This document shows, piece by piece, positions 1 through 10,050 of a stretch of 64,000 bases of DNA (positions are counted from its first letter, which is position 1; each line of letters starts with the position of its first letter). The position numbers were made by a program, and so were the translations under genes. The DNA is from a virus. The stretch is taken from IMG/VR virus record IMGVR_UViG_3300010885_052266, positions 1 through 64,000 of that record. The stretch is one strand, 5' to 3'. The notes beneath the pieces are model-generated. The model was given only the letters and a program-made list of their open reading frames with translations, was not told where the DNA came from and searched no databases.

Positions 1-92
1 GGAGCCGGCTCCCAGTGATTCCCGCAAATCAGGCGGCACGGGATGGCTACGTCACATTTCTGTGTCCCGTCAAATACATTATCATGTTCGGG

Positions 93-1787
93 TTAGCGGG
101 CGTTCTTCCCGAGAAGGGCCGCCGCGATGGCCGCGATGGCCTCGATGTTGGACGGCATGCCTTCGGCAGGGGCAGGGGATTGCTCGCCAGCCTCGGCGGC
201 GCGCCTGGCCTTCTCCTCCGCGACTCTCTCCTGCTCGACCTGATACGGGCTTTTCAGCGTCCCGACCTCTACCCCCTTCTCCCTGAGCTGCGCCTCATAG
301 AAGCCGGCGATCCCGAACGTGTTGTTGACCAGACGGTCGAACGCCGAACTCGCCGCATCGACCTGGTCGTCGTGCCCGCCGGTCGGGAAGCTGGTCAGTT
401 CGGTCAGGAACGCCTCGTTCCAGTCGCCCTTCTGGATCCACACCATCTTGGCGCCCGCCCGTCCGGCCCATCCCATGGCGCGGGCCAGCTTGTCGCCAGT
501 CACCGGATCGGCATAGATCGAAAACCGGCTCAGGACGACCATAAGGCGTTGGGCCCACATCTTGCCTGCCGCACCCGGGTCCTGCGGTATCTGGATCGGC
601 ACCTGCGTCCCGTCCGCCTCGGCGCGTCGCAGCATGCGGTTCTCGACCTCGTGCGGCTCTTCCCGGAACCGCTCGGCGTGACCGATGATCCAGCGTTGCG
701 CCGATGGTGACCAACCCACCTTGACCGAAGCGGTGTAATCCGGATCGGATTTGATCAGCTTCTTCTCGGACCCGGCGAGGTCCCAGCCGCGAACCCATCG
801 CGTGTCGAACGGCGCCGTCTCGACGACCGGGAACCAGGAGCGTTTGAAGATACCGCCCTCGCGTGGCGAAGGCCTCTGTTGGAGCTGACCGGCTGCTGCG
901 TATATCCCCAGCCTCCCCTTGAGGCGATCCAGCTCCTTGCGAGGGACGTGAGCTGGCCAGAGCAGCTCGCCGGCCTCCTTACGGGGATCACGGAACCAAC
1001 GATGCGGGTGGTCCGGCTCGAATTCCGCCGGCAGGCAGAGATAGGTCCAGTCGTCGGACTCCTTGGACATGACGTGGCCGAGGAGGTCGCGCTCATGCAC
1101 ACGCTGCTGGATCAGGACATAGGCGCCGGTCTTCTGGTCGTTGAGGCGAGACGACATCGCCTCGTCCCACCACTCCAGCACCCTAGTCCGTTTCTTTTCT
1201 GACTCGGCCTCCAATACATTGTGCGGATCGTCAACAACTATGACGTCCGCCCCCTCTCCTGTCAGCATACCAGTAACCGACGTGGATAGTCTAAACCCGC
1301 TCTTGTCGTTGTCAAATCTGATCTTGGTGTTCTGATCCTCGGTCAGATTGTGCGAGTCGCCCCAACGCTTCCGGTACCAATCGCTGGCCAGGATGCGCCG
1401 GCACCGGACCGAGTCCCGGATCGACAGGGCATGGGCATAGGAGGCATAGAGGAACCGCCGCCAAGGGTGTTCAACCCAATCAAAAGCTGGCCACGTAACT
1501 GAAACTGAGACAGATTTCATATGACGAGGCGGCACCGCAATTGCGAGACGTTTTATGTGCCCCGCGCTGACTCCCATGAGATGGTCGCAGATCGCGTCGA
1601 TGTGCCAGTTCGACACGTAGGGCGTGCTGGCACCCTCGATCAGGTGCCAGGATAGAGGGATGAACTGGCTCAGGCCGTCCTGGGCGACGATGTGGCGATC
1701 CAGCTCAACGATAGCTCCGTCCGGATCGGAAAGCGCCCACGCGGAGAACTGGTCGAAGTCTGGGTCCGCGTGGGACGATTCGCTCAT
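93..1787 (-). CDS. terL: Terminase large subunit (ATPase + RNase H-like nuclease)
   Basis: Walker A-like PPRHMKS, Walker B DVIVVDDPH, QLQQRP, nuclease motifs GWDLA and FPTGGHDDQVDA. Confidence 0.95.
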   Translation of the reverse strand: MSESSHADPDFDQFSAWALSDPDGAIVELDRHIVAQDGLSQFIPLSWHLIEGASTPYVSNWHIDAICDHLMGVSAGHIKRLAIAVPPRHMKSVSVSVTWPAFDWVEHPWRRFLYASYAHALSIRDSVRCRRILASDWYRKRWGDSHNLTEDQNTKIRFDNDKSGFRLSTSVTGMLTGEGADVIVVDDPHNVLEAESEKKRTRVLEWWDEAMSSRLNDQKTGAYVLIQQRVHERDLLGHVMSKESDDWTYLCLPAEFEPDHPHRWFRDPRKEAGELLWPAHVPRKELDRLKGRLGIYAAAGQLQQRPSPREGGIFKRSWFPVVETAPFDTRWVRGWDLAGSEKKLIKSDPDYTASVKVGWSPSAQRWIIGHAERFREEPHEVENRMLRRAEADGTQVPIQIPQDPGAAGKMWAQRLMVVLSRFSIYADPVTGDKLARAMGWAGRAGAKMVWIQKGDWNEAFLTELTSFPTGGHDDQVDAASSAFDRLVNNTFGIAGFYEAQLREKGVEVGTLKSPYQVEQERVAEEKARRAAEAGEQSPAPAEGMPSNIEAIAAIAAALLGKNAR

Positions 1788-1853
1788 GTGGTCACGGAGA
1801 TTCCGAAGTATTCGTTCAGTCGGGAGATGGCGTCGACGACTGTCTGTTCGAGG

Positions 1854-2195
1854 TCAGTCATTGGCTTGGCCTCCCTGTTTCCCACAGTCCCGCCGACGCC
1901 TATTATACACCGCCGAGTAAGCTTTAATCTTCGCCTGCCCGCGCTCCGACTCCTTGTATCGTTTCGCTCCTGCCAAAGTAGCTTCACGCACGCGCGGGTC
2001 GCCTAAGCGTATCCGCAAGGTCTCTCGGTTACGCTCCTTTTGCCGCTCGTGTAAAACGGGGTTACTTTTGACGGCGGCGTCCAGTTTCGCCTTGCGCTTC
2101 TTCCGCAGCGAGGCTGAGCATGTCACCGAGCACGTCAGGGCTCGCCCATCGGTTTCGAAGGCCAAGCCGCAGATTATGCACGCCTTCTCAGCCAT
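1854..2195 (-). CDS. Hypothetical protein with Cys motifs (CxxC...CSxxC)
   Basis: ATG at 2195 gives MAEKACIICG...TCSVTCS and a basic helical tail. Confidence 0.55.
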   Translation of the reverse strand: MAEKACIICGLAFETDGRALTCSVTCSASLRKKRKAKLDAAVKSNPVLHERQKERNRETLRIRLGDPRVREATLAGAKRYKESERGQAKIKAYSAVYNRRRRDCGKQGGQAND

Positions 2196-2329
2196 GGCTC
2201 GTATCCTCCATTCTGGCCCTTCCGATCTTGCTGTCCGGCGACGCGAGATCGAAAACCACGAGGCGGCGGTGGGTGGCGCCGTGCTGGTCCAGGTAAGCAA
2301 GGACGCGTCGCTCTATCGGGCGAAGTGCT

Positions 2330-3478
2330 TCATGTTCCGCCATGCGACGCCGCGGCCGAGAGAGCGACCCACGCGATATGAGCCAACCGCTGTGGGCAGT
2401 CTTCATTCGGACAGTCCCTGGCGGGTTTGACCCCGTGATCACAGCCTGTCCCATACAGGCTCTCAGAGATTCCGAAGTATTCGTCCAGGCGAGCCAGGCC
2501 GGCGCGCAGGTCTGGCCGGTCCGCCTGGCGCTGAGGCTCAGCGCCGCATGTGCAGACGTCACCCAGATGCTCTCTGATCGCGCAGCCCGCGTGGTGATCG
2601 GGCACGCTCGCTGCCCTTACACCCTGAGGTGGCGAAGGCCTCTGTTGGAGCTGCGCGGCTGATGCTGCAGGCCCGAGAGCAGCCTTGAGAGTGTTGACAT
2701 CCTCCCGCGGGAAACGCTCAGGCCACAGCAGCTCGCCGGCCTCCTTGCGAGGATCCCGTATCCAGCGGTGCGGGTGGTCTGGCTCGAATTCCGCCGGCAG
2801 GCATAGATAGGTCCAGCCATTCGGCTCCTTCGCCATGACGTGCCCAATGAGATCGTCGTGGTGAGAGCGGGTCTGGACCACCACCATGGCGCCGTTCACC
2901 GGGTCAGCGAGGCGAGTGGTCATGACCTCGTCCCACCACTGCATCGCCTGGGTCCGCAGTTTGTCGGACCACACGTTGATGGGGTCGATCAAGGTGTCTC
3001 CGATCAGGAAGTCGCCCGCCTCTCCCGCGAGAGGGCTGCCAACCTCCACCGCTTTGAGAGAGCCTCCCTTGTCGTTCTTGTTCCCGAACGGGCCTGTAAG
3101 AGCGTGAGTATGACCCCAGCAAGCCCGGTATCCGTCGCTCTTCAGAAGCCTGCGGGCTGCCATCGCTGGAACGTAATCACGGTTGGAAGAGTAGGCCCGA
3201 ATGAACCGTCGCTCAGGATGCTTGATCCAGTCGTAGGCAGGCCACGCACCCCGGACCACGCTCGACAGGCCGTGCCGCGCCGGCACTGCAATCGCGAGAC
3301 GCTTGATGTGCCCGGCACTCACGCCGTCCAAGTGGTCGCAGATCGCGTCGATATGCCAAGGCGACAAATAAGATTCGAAAGCGCCAGCGACAAAAGGCCA
3401 GACGTGGGCGATGAACTCCTTCAATCCGTCTTTTGCGACGGTTGCCCGGACCTCCTCGATATACTCGTCCTCGGTCAT
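2330..3478 (-). CDS. Degenerate paralog of the terminase ATPase domain, no nuclease domain
   Basis: Shares WHIDAICDHL, GHIKRLAIAVP, WTYLCLPAEFEPDHPHRW and QLQQRPSP with 93..1787; Walker A is PARHGLS and Walker B is DFLIGDTL. Confidence 0.85.
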   Translation of the reverse strand: MTEDEYIEEVRATVAKDGLKEFIAHVWPFVAGAFESYLSPWHIDAICDHLDGVSAGHIKRLAIAVPARHGLSSVVRGAWPAYDWIKHPERRFIRAYSSNRDYVPAMAARRLLKSDGYRACWGHTHALTGPFGNKNDKGGSLKAVEVGSPLAGEAGDFLIGDTLIDPINVWSDKLRTQAMQWWDEVMTTRLADPVNGAMVVVQTRSHHDDLIGHVMAKEPNGWTYLCLPAEFEPDHPHRWIRDPRKEAGELLWPERFPREDVNTLKAALGPAASAAQLQQRPSPPQGVRAASVPDHHAGCAIREHLGDVCTCGAEPQRQADRPDLRAGLARLDEYFGISESLYGTGCDHGVKPARDCPNEDCPQRLAHIAWVALSAAASHGGT

Positions 3479-3569
3479 GCTCTCTTTCCCTTCATCTTGC
3501 GTTGGTGTCGTGCAGAGGAGTCAGCCCCTCCAGCAGTCCCGTCATGGCCAACGCGGCGTCATTCACGCC

Positions 3570-3989
3570 TTAGCGATAGACGTCGTCGATTGGCTTCATC
3601 CGATCCTTTGTGCCCGCCCTCGTCAGCATTGTTAAGCTGACCCGTAACGAGCCGACCAACGGTCTGCCCAGGACGTTTGGGGGAAAAACCTCGACCTGCG
3701 CCAATCCTTCATTGATGATTTTCTCAGTGAGGCGAGCCGTCGTTGCCGCCACTATCCTTGGTATGAGCGCCTCAGAACCGGCACGACTGGACTGCAACAA
3801 GGTCAGGTCGTACGTCGCCGTTTCCGCCATGACGACCGCTTCAAGCCGATTGCATTCCGGACACGGATACTGGCGCCGCGCGACCGTGAGGGAGGCCCTT
3901 GGGTCGTATGCCTTGGCGGTCACCCGTTCGCGGGGATACAGGAAGATAAAGCCCGTGCCACCGCAGATGTCGCAGTCGTCTCGTGCCAT
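3570..3989 (-). CDS. Hypothetical protein with CxxCGG...CPEC zinc-binding motif
   Basis: ATG at 3989; packed against neighbouring minus-strand ORFs. Confidence 0.55.
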   Translation of the reverse strand: MARDDCDICGGTGFIFLYPRERVTAKAYDPRASLTVARRQYPCPECNRLEAVVMAETATYDLTLLQSSRAGSEALIPRIVAATTARLTEKIINEGLAQVEVFPPNVLGRPLVGSLRVSLTMLTRAGTKDRMKPIDDVYR

Positions 3990-4210
3990 CACACCTTCAC
4001 TCCTGCCACGCGGACTTTTCCCGCATCGGTCAACACCACGTTCGCGAAGTCGCGCGTCTCGCCCCACACCAGGCGCACAACTCCCTCGCTCTGCCACACG
4101 GCGATTTGCCTCCACCACAGGCTGCCCGCCGGCACGGATCGCTCGGTCGCAAAGTAGGCGAGCGTCACAGGCTTTCGCTCCGCCAAGGATTGCGGCCTGC
4201 TCCGCCTCAT
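3989..4210 (-). CDS. Hypothetical protein
   Basis: ATG overlaps the DUF1643 stop (ATGA coupling). Confidence 0.45.
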   Translation of the reverse strand: MRRSRPQSLAERKPVTLAYFATERSVPAGSLWWRQIAVWQSEGVVRLVWGETRDFANVVLTDAGKVRVAGVKV

Positions 4211-4773
4211 GGCTGAAACGCCACGAACGGGGTGTCGTATCCGATCCTGCTGGAATGCTTGGGCCACCCCGACTTTGTCAGGCCCAGGCAGAGCAACGGG
4301 AATCCCCAGCGGCGCAGCTGGACGAACAGTTCGCGCGCATGCTGCTCCAGCACCGGCGGAACCTGACCTGTCGCCACAATGATCTTCGTAGCCTTGGCGG
4401 CGAAGCTGGCGATAAAGAAGGTGTTTTCGACGTGCTGAACCTCGTCCGCTGCCTCCAGGTCGCCGGGGTTGGTGGCGCGATACGTGCCGACGTTGACCTT
4501 CACATAACGCGTCAGGCCCAGCGTGGTCCTGGTCCAGGTGTATTCCTTGCGCACGGTCAGATCGTCCTCGGTCTCGCTCGCGGCGGATGGGTTCATGCCG
4601 ATCCACAGCGCGAAGGGGAGATCGTCGGGAAGGACCTCGCGATCGCTGTCCCAGACCCGTTCGAGCCACAGAAGATGCTCCTGGCGCTCGCCCGCAAAGC
4701 TGGCCGATCCCCGGACGCCGGGCAGCATGGGCCAAGGCCGCGCGCCGGCCTCGTGTGTCGTGGTTGCGCTCAT
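4207..4773 (-). CDS. DUF1643 family protein
   Basis: WIGMNPSAA..EDDLTVRK, VNV..YRATNP, CLGLTKSGWPKH motifs. Confidence 0.8.
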   Translation of the reverse strand: MSATTTHEAGARPWPMLPGVRGSASFAGERQEHLLWLERVWDSDREVLPDDLPFALWIGMNPSAASETEDDLTVRKEYTWTRTTLGLTRYVKVNVGTYRATNPGDLEAADEVQHVENTFFIASFAAKATKIIVATGQVPPVLEQHARELFVQLRRWGFPLLCLGLTKSGWPKHSSRIGYDTPFVAFQP

Positions 4774-4862
4774 GGTGACTTTCCGTCCATTTTACGCCGC
4801 GTTCATCGCGGCGACTGTTACGCGCTCCAGTTCTTCGAAGACGTAGAGTGTAGTCGAGCTAT

Positions 4863-5168
4863 TCATGGTGATTCCGTCCCCTGCATCGCGGATAGCTCCA
4901 GGCGGCCCAGCTCGGTGATGTGCCAGCCGCGTATCGTCTCGGTCACCAGCCTGGGGACAAGCCAACCCTCCGCCTCCATGGCGCGCACCGCGGGCCTGAC
5001 GCCCCAGTCCCACAGGCCTATTTCGGTCGAGGCGCTGAGCAGCGCGGCACGCAGCTCGTCGACGTCGAACGACATTGGGTCCAGGTCCGGCGGTGCGGTG
5101 CCGGACGAGCGGGCCGGGCCGCCGAACAGGCCTCCGATGTGGTCGTAGTCTCGGTGCGACCCGCTCAT
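4863..5168 (-). CDS. Hypothetical protein
   Basis: Coupled ORF in the minus-strand operon. Confidence 0.5.
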   Translation of the reverse strand: MSGSHRDYDHIGGLFGGPARSSGTAPPDLDPMSFDVDELRAALLSASTEIGLWDWGVRPAVRAMEAEGWLVPRLVTETIRGWHITELGRLELSAMQGTESP

Positions 5169-5509
5169 GTGGCAGCCTTCGCCACGTCTACCGCGTCGGC
5201 GCGGAGGTCCTCCCAGATTTCCTGGCTGTCAGAGCCTTCAGCTTTGATGCAGACGTGGCCGTTGGTCAGGGTTACGGCCATATGGCGGCGCCTTCTGCCT
5301 TCGCGGATGCTCATGCTGACGACCGTCCAACCCGCGAGGTCTGGATGAGCCCACGGCACATCGCCCGATGCCTCCTTTGCTTCCAATTGTCTGGCGACAT
5401 CGGCGAACTCAGGGGCCGTCGGATCAACATACGGATGTCCGCAAAACTCCCATTTCAGGGCGACCGTCTGATCTTCGACGTACTTATTTACCTCATCTGA
5501 TCTGCTCAT
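5165..5509 (-). CDS. Hypothetical protein
   Basis: ATG 5509 overlaps the upstream stop. Confidence 0.55.
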   Translation of the reverse strand: MSRSDEVNKYVEDQTVALKWEFCGHPYVDPTAPEFADVARQLEAKEASGDVPWAHPDLAGWTVVSMSIREGRRRRHMAVTLTNGHVCIKAEGSDSQEIWEDLRADAVDVAKAAT

Positions 5510-5748
5510 AGAGCATCCTTCGCGACGTCTACCGCGTCGGCCTCCAGCTTCGCCGCGCGCATGCCGGCGAGGAATCCTGCCTGCCACGTGAATTTGGCGA
5601 ATTCAGGGATGCCGTGGGCCTCCCCCCACGCGACAAGGTCCGCCGGGCACTCTCGCACTGCCAGCAGGCATGCCCGGAGGCGTGCTGCCATCGCATCCTC
5701 TCGCCTCTGCGCTCTGGCGAGAACGAGGGTCTCTTCCTGGCTGCTCAT
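5506..5748 (-). CDS. Hypothetical protein
   Basis: ATGA-coupled ORF. Confidence 0.55.
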   Translation of the reverse strand: MSSQEETLVLARAQRREDAMAARLRACLLAVRECPADLVAWGEAHGIPEFAKFTWQAGFLAGMRAAKLEADAVDVAKDAL

Positions 5749-6107
5749 CGCTTCCCCGACGTCGCACGGAACGCGTCCAGGTTGGCGATCGAGGCCTTGG
5801 CCTCATCCAGGGCCAGACGCCGCAGCCCCTCCGCTGCACCGCCTGGATGACTGCGCGCGTCCCAGGTCAACGCGTCCCAGGTCAGGCCGACGGCCCACTC
5901 CGGGGCTTTCGGGTTCTGCGTCCACACGGTCCAGATCGTGGCGGCCACGACCTCTGCCTCGGCTTCGAGGCGGTGCGCCGCGATGATCTCCGCCTGACGG
6001 GCATCGTTGACGGACATCTCGCCGGCGCTGATCGCGTCGAGGCGGGATGCTTGGGTGGCCATGCTCATGGTGCCGAGCGCGGCCATGGGGTCACTGGCCA
6101 CGCTCAT
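5745..6107 (-). CDS. Hypothetical protein
   Basis: ATG at 6107; coupled to the downstream ORF. Confidence 0.5.
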   Translation of the reverse strand: MSVASDPMAALGTMSMATQASRLDAISAGEMSVNDARQAEIIAAHRLEAEAEVVAATIWTVWTQNPKAPEWAVGLTWDALTWDARSHPGGAAEGLRRLALDEAKASIANLDAFRATSGKR

Positions 6108-6409
6108 GCCGCCATCGCTCCGGTGAAGTTCGCCTCGGGCGCCGGCCGCACATTCGCCCGCACCACCGCAGCGGCATGGCCTGGACAAACCGAGTTGCCG
6201 ATCCGCCTGATCATTTCTGCACCTTTGTGCCAACGAACCGCCCGTTCGGCGCGCCGCGAGAGGCAAGTTCGCGATCGACGTAAATCGCCACGTCAAGAAT
6301 GGCCTCCCATCGCGCCAACCAATACCGGTCCCGATCCCACACGACTGAGTGCCAGTGTCGCTCAACCCGACAGAACTTCACGCTGAACTTCGCGCCTCGG
6401 TACTGCATG

Positions 6410-7309
6410 CTACGCCTCCTGGCCGGTCTGCTGGCGTCGCGCGGCTCGGCTGGCCTCGGCCAACAGCTCGCGCATCTTCCAGGCCGATTTCGTGTCGAGA
6501 CTCTTCAGCACCTTCCCCGGACTGCTGGGATCGGCGGCTGGCCCGGTGTTGTTGGTGATGACGACCCCGACCCCGACCTTCGTCTTCTCCGGGGTGGCGA
6601 TCCCCAAGACCTGGCGCTCTAGGCCGATGCCCTTGGACAGGATGTCGCATGCCGCCTTCAGCAGTCCGGCCAGCGTCTCTCGATCCGGATTGACCCCGCA
6701 CAGGTTCATCACAGCCTGCTGCTTGAGTGCGAGGGTCACGCCATCTGTCGTGTTGGCCGGCACTGTCGCGGCCATGATCAGGCGCAGGATGCCAGTGCCG
6801 ACCTGCTGCATCTCGCCGGCACGAGTGAGCTGCGCCCTGATGCGATCGGCATGGATGCCCGCCATCTGCACCACCACGGCGTCGCGCCGGCTTTCGAGGT
6901 CTTCGACGCTGGGCACCATACCCGACCGGCCCACATCCGCGGCCCGGACGTGTTCAGCCTCATCGGAGGCTGGCTCAGGCGCGGGATCAGACTCCGGCAC
7001 CGGGTCATAGATCCTCATCTCTTGGATCGCCTGAACAACTGCCGGATCAGGCTCAGGCTCGGGAGCTGGGGCCTGAGCCTCCTGCTCCCGCCTGATGTCG
7101 GCCACGATTTGCTCGGCGGCTGCCACAGAGATCAGCTCGTCGACCTGCTTCTTCCATCCCTCTTTCGCCTTCCGGCGATTGATCGTCGTTCTGGACGCAA
7201 AGCCGTATTTCTTTTGCAGGCTTGGGACGCCGATGGGCGTCGTCTCGTAGAGGCGCCTGATCTCATCCCAGGGTGGCAATTCGACTTTGCCTTGCAGCGT
7301 CCTAGGCAT
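6410..7309 (-). CDS. terS: Probable terminase small subunit (N-terminal HTH)
   Basis: PPWDEIRRLYE...KKYG..RTTINRRKAKEGW HTH and a later LERQVLGI motif, typical of TerS; heads the operon that ends in terL. Confidence 0.6.
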   Translation of the reverse strand: MPRTLQGKVELPPWDEIRRLYETTPIGVPSLQKKYGFASRTTINRRKAKEGWKKQVDELISVAAAEQIVADIRREQEAQAPAPEPEPDPAVVQAIQEMRIYDPVPESDPAPEPASDEAEHVRAADVGRSGMVPSVEDLESRRDAVVVQMAGIHADRIRAQLTRAGEMQQVGTGILRLIMAATVPANTTDGVTLALKQQAVMNLCGVNPDRETLAGLLKAACDILSKGIGLERQVLGIATPEKTKVGVGVVITNNTGPAADPSSPGKVLKSLDTKSAWKMRELLAEASRAARRQQTGQEA

Positions 7310-7546
7310 CAGAGCCTCCCAACCGATAGAAAGCGTCTAACACATCCTAATGTAATGAGCTACTGTTTTGTGTCATTGTCACAGCGCCCCCTGGAAGGGA
7401 TGTGTCAGATGGCGATGCGCGAGGCCACGAGACTGCTCACTTATATTCCAATGACTTACCGGGGGAGTTTTCTCTGGCTGACGAGGTGACACAGATGCGC
7501 AGGGGGGCGCGGGCCGGTTAACGTGCCACCCTGTGCCACCCGTGTG

Positions 7547-7885
7547 TCAGGGGGCACTGACAGCCAAGCGCTCGGCCCGATCATCGTCGGTGTCGCTTAT
7601 CAGCACCGCCCGGCCCAGGTCGGTAAGACCGAGGACTTCATCCCCGACGCTGGCCATTCCCACAAGCCCGAGCAAAGCAATATCCTCGGGTGTCGCGGGC
7701 CGCAGCTCGGCGAGACCACATGTGACGAACAGCTCCTCGATCTCGATGCCGGTCTCGACGTAGAACGCCCACACCTCGCGTGCGAATTTGATGGCTGCTG
7801 CTGTGCGCGGGTCAGGCTGGGGCAACTTGCACAGGTCACCCGCGGCGTTCAGCGCAACGATCTCCAGGTTTTCCGAATGGCCCAT
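7547..7885 (-). CDS. Hypothetical protein
   Basis: ORF in operon orientation. Confidence 0.5.
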   Translation of the reverse strand: MGHSENLEIVALNAAGDLCKLPQPDPRTAAAIKFAREVWAFYVETGIEIEELFVTCGLAELRPATPEDIALLGLVGMASVGDEVLGLTDLGRAVLISDTDDDRAERLAVSAP

Positions 7886-7889
7886 GGCG

Positions 7890-8297
7890 TCAGCTTCTCA
7901 CATAGCGGGCCGCGCGCGTTATCAGGCCGGGAGCGTGCACTGGCAGTACGCTGCGTTCCCTGACATAGGTCCCGACGTCCTCGACCGAGCGGATCGGCCA
8001 GCGTCGGCCGTGGTCCTGGATGTAAGCGTCGCCTTTCATGCCGAGGGCTTCGTAGAGGAAATAGGTCGCCAACTCGTCACCGAGGATGTGATCGAGCAGG
8101 GCCACGACCGCCGTCTCGATCTTTTCGTCCATGGCGAAGATGTGGGTGCTAAATATCTGCTCCCCCTGCACCTTCCCTATAGCGAGGTTGATCTCGTCGT
8201 ATGCGGCCTTTCGGTCAGCCAGCACCTGCAGTAGCGCCAGCGCGTGGTCGATTTCGTCGTGAGCCGGGACGCCCGACGCCTCTGTTTCATTCGACAT
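7890..8297 (-). CDS. Hypothetical protein
   Basis: ORF with normal composition in operon orientation. Confidence 0.6.
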   Translation of the reverse strand: MSNETEASGVPAHDEIDHALALLQVLADRKAAYDEINLAIGKVQGEQIFSTHIFAMDEKIETAVVALLDHILGDELATYFLYEALGMKGDAYIQDHGRRWPIRSVEDVGTYVRERSVLPVHAPGLITRAARYVRS

Positions 8298-8522
8298 TTC
8301 GTGCGCTCCATCTGGTGCATCCGCCCGGGATACGCGGCATCCCGCTCTGGATGCCGTCCCGATACTCGACCACGCCCCAAGCCGTGCAGCCGAGGCGTTG
8401 GTCGGAATGCTGGCAGGCGTCGCAAGCGTTCCTCCATGCGTGGAACGCTGAATTGTCGTCCCCTGCGAACGGGAGCGTGCCGCCCGGCTTCTGGGGCCTG
8501 GTGCGGACCGCCTCGATCGCCT

Positions 8523-9404
8523 TCATGACGCAGACCACCCGGTCAATCGAACGTAGACCGGCGGCATTTTCAACTCCGCCCGCCGCTTGTTCAGCCGGTC
8601 GATGTCATGCATGTCCCTCATCACCACGCCGCAGGCCTCGCCGATCTGCTTCAGCTGCGTCCATGTGCAGCGGATCATCGCCTCGGTGCCCGCCGGCCAT
8701 TCGCGCGGCGGTGGGTCCTGCGGCAACGACGGCGCACGCGCCGGGACGGGCTTAGATGACGGAGTCGGCTGCGGCAGCTTGGCGGGTTTCGCAGCTTGCG
8801 CCGGTTTTAGCGCCTTGGCGGGTTTCGCAGCCCGCGCCGGTTTTAGCGCCTTGGGCGCCACTGTCACTTCCGACCGCGGCCGTGTCGAATTCTTCCGCTC
8901 TGTAGGAACAGTCGCCGCGATCTTCACCGGCCGCTCAATCAACCCCTTGTGCATCAGCCGATTTCGCAACGCTTCAACTGCTTGCTCGCTGCGCCCATCT
9001 AACCGCCTCGCCAACCCTGCAGCTGTCAAATCGTACCCATGCGCAATCACGGTCGCCTTCTCATCGTCCGTCCACCGGCGGTCCGGCTGATTGCATGGCG
9101 GCTGTTGGGCCTGGCGCCGCGGTAACCCGAACCGCTCGCGCCATGAGTTGATAGTGTCGGCGTTCACGCCCATCTCGACGCCGATCGCCCTATAGGACAG
9201 CCCCTCGGTCCATAGCGACCGCAGCTTGTCGAAGTCGATGTCGCCGTCCGGCGCCAGAGCCCCGTATGGCACCAGGGCGCGGTATCTGCGCTTCGCCGCG
9301 TGTTTGCTGATCGAGAACGCGCGCCCCAGGTCCGCGAAGCTCTCGCCGGCTTCGTGCCGCCGCACCAACTCCGCGTCAGTCCGGAGTAGATCTCCGTCCG
9401 TCAT
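8523..9404 (-). CDS. Multi-HTH (GcrA-like/Myb-like) DNA-binding protein with AAKPAK linker
   Basis: Three HTH-like units (GESFADLGRAF; LRSLWTEGLSYRAIGVEMGV; RRWTDDE...RSEQAV). Confidence 0.65.
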   Translation of the reverse strand: MTDGDLLRTDAELVRRHEAGESFADLGRAFSISKHAAKRRYRALVPYGALAPDGDIDFDKLRSLWTEGLSYRAIGVEMGVNADTINSWRERFGLPRRQAQQPPCNQPDRRWTDDEKATVIAHGYDLTAAGLARRLDGRSEQAVEALRNRLMHKGLIERPVKIAATVPTERKNSTRPRSEVTVAPKALKPARAAKPAKALKPAQAAKPAKLPQPTPSSKPVPARAPSLPQDPPPREWPAGTEAMIRCTWTQLKQIGEACGVVMRDMHDIDRLNKRRAELKMPPVYVRLTGWSAS

Positions 9405-9574
9405 GTGGCTCTCCTGCGGACTTTGGCCGCGTCCAGGCCGATCTGAAGCAGGCGGCGCAGCGTCGCTGCCTGGGACGGGATCAGGTTCTTGTGCTGATAC
9501 TTCTCGACCGCGGCCCACGTGGGTTCGGGCAGACCGATGGTCTTTCGCTGAATAGGAGCCGGCGGCTTTCTCAT
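9401..9574 (-). CDS. Ribbon-helix-helix regulator
   Basis: RKTIGLPEPTWAAVEKY...SQAATLRRLLQIGL pattern. Confidence 0.65.
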   Translation of the reverse strand: MRKPPAPIQRKTIGLPEPTWAAVEKYQHKNLIPSQAATLRRLLQIGLDAAKVRRRAT

Positions 9575-9726
9575 GGTGGCAAAGGTGCCTTCTGTGCTGT
9601 TGGTGTCTCTGGTGCTTTTCCGATTGACAGCCATAGGGGATCGCGTGCAACACATCAATATGTTTTTAACACCGTCGTGTGGTCAGTCGGTATGATCCTG
9701 CCGCTCGCAACCAAAAGGAACGCGCC

Positions 9727-10050
9727 GTGACAAGTGTCCGCCTTGAGAGCTCCCCCCCCGTTTCGCGCATGATCGTCTTCCTTTGGCAGCACCAGAATAC
9801 GGGCCTGGGCATGCCGATGACGGTGTGGTGCCAGGGGAACGTCGATGGGTCCTACTACGTCGATTGGGACCTGGCGACCATCCTCGCGGGCGGCGAGACG
9901 GGCGGGGATGTGAGCCGCATGGCGATGCAGATGTTCGCCAATCTCCTGCTCGCGGCCCGGGGTAAATTCCGTGAGGTCACCAAGGACGAGGCCGACCGCA
10001 TCGCGATTGCTGCGTATCCCGTGGAGCGGGTAGGAGTGACGCTCCAATGA
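9727..10050 (+). CDS. Hypothetical protein
   Basis: GTG start after AAAAGGA. Confidence 0.5.
   Translation: MTSVRLESSPPVSRMIVFLWQHQNTGLGMPMTVWCQGNVDGSYYVDWDLATILAGGETGGDVSRMAMQMFANLLLAARGKFREVTKDEADRIAIAAYPVERVGVTLQ

Noticed and set aside
3610-5148. 512 aa plus-strand ORF, and similar long antisense ORFs such as 36342..37532, 42195..43427 and 46046..47479
   Set aside because: They overlap recognisable genes on the other strand, as expected in high-GC DNA.
8775-8835. GAAACCCGCC matches on the minus strand (also 16871, 16907) as motif copies
   Set aside because: They encode AAKPAK repeats and lack the paired stems and NTGA.
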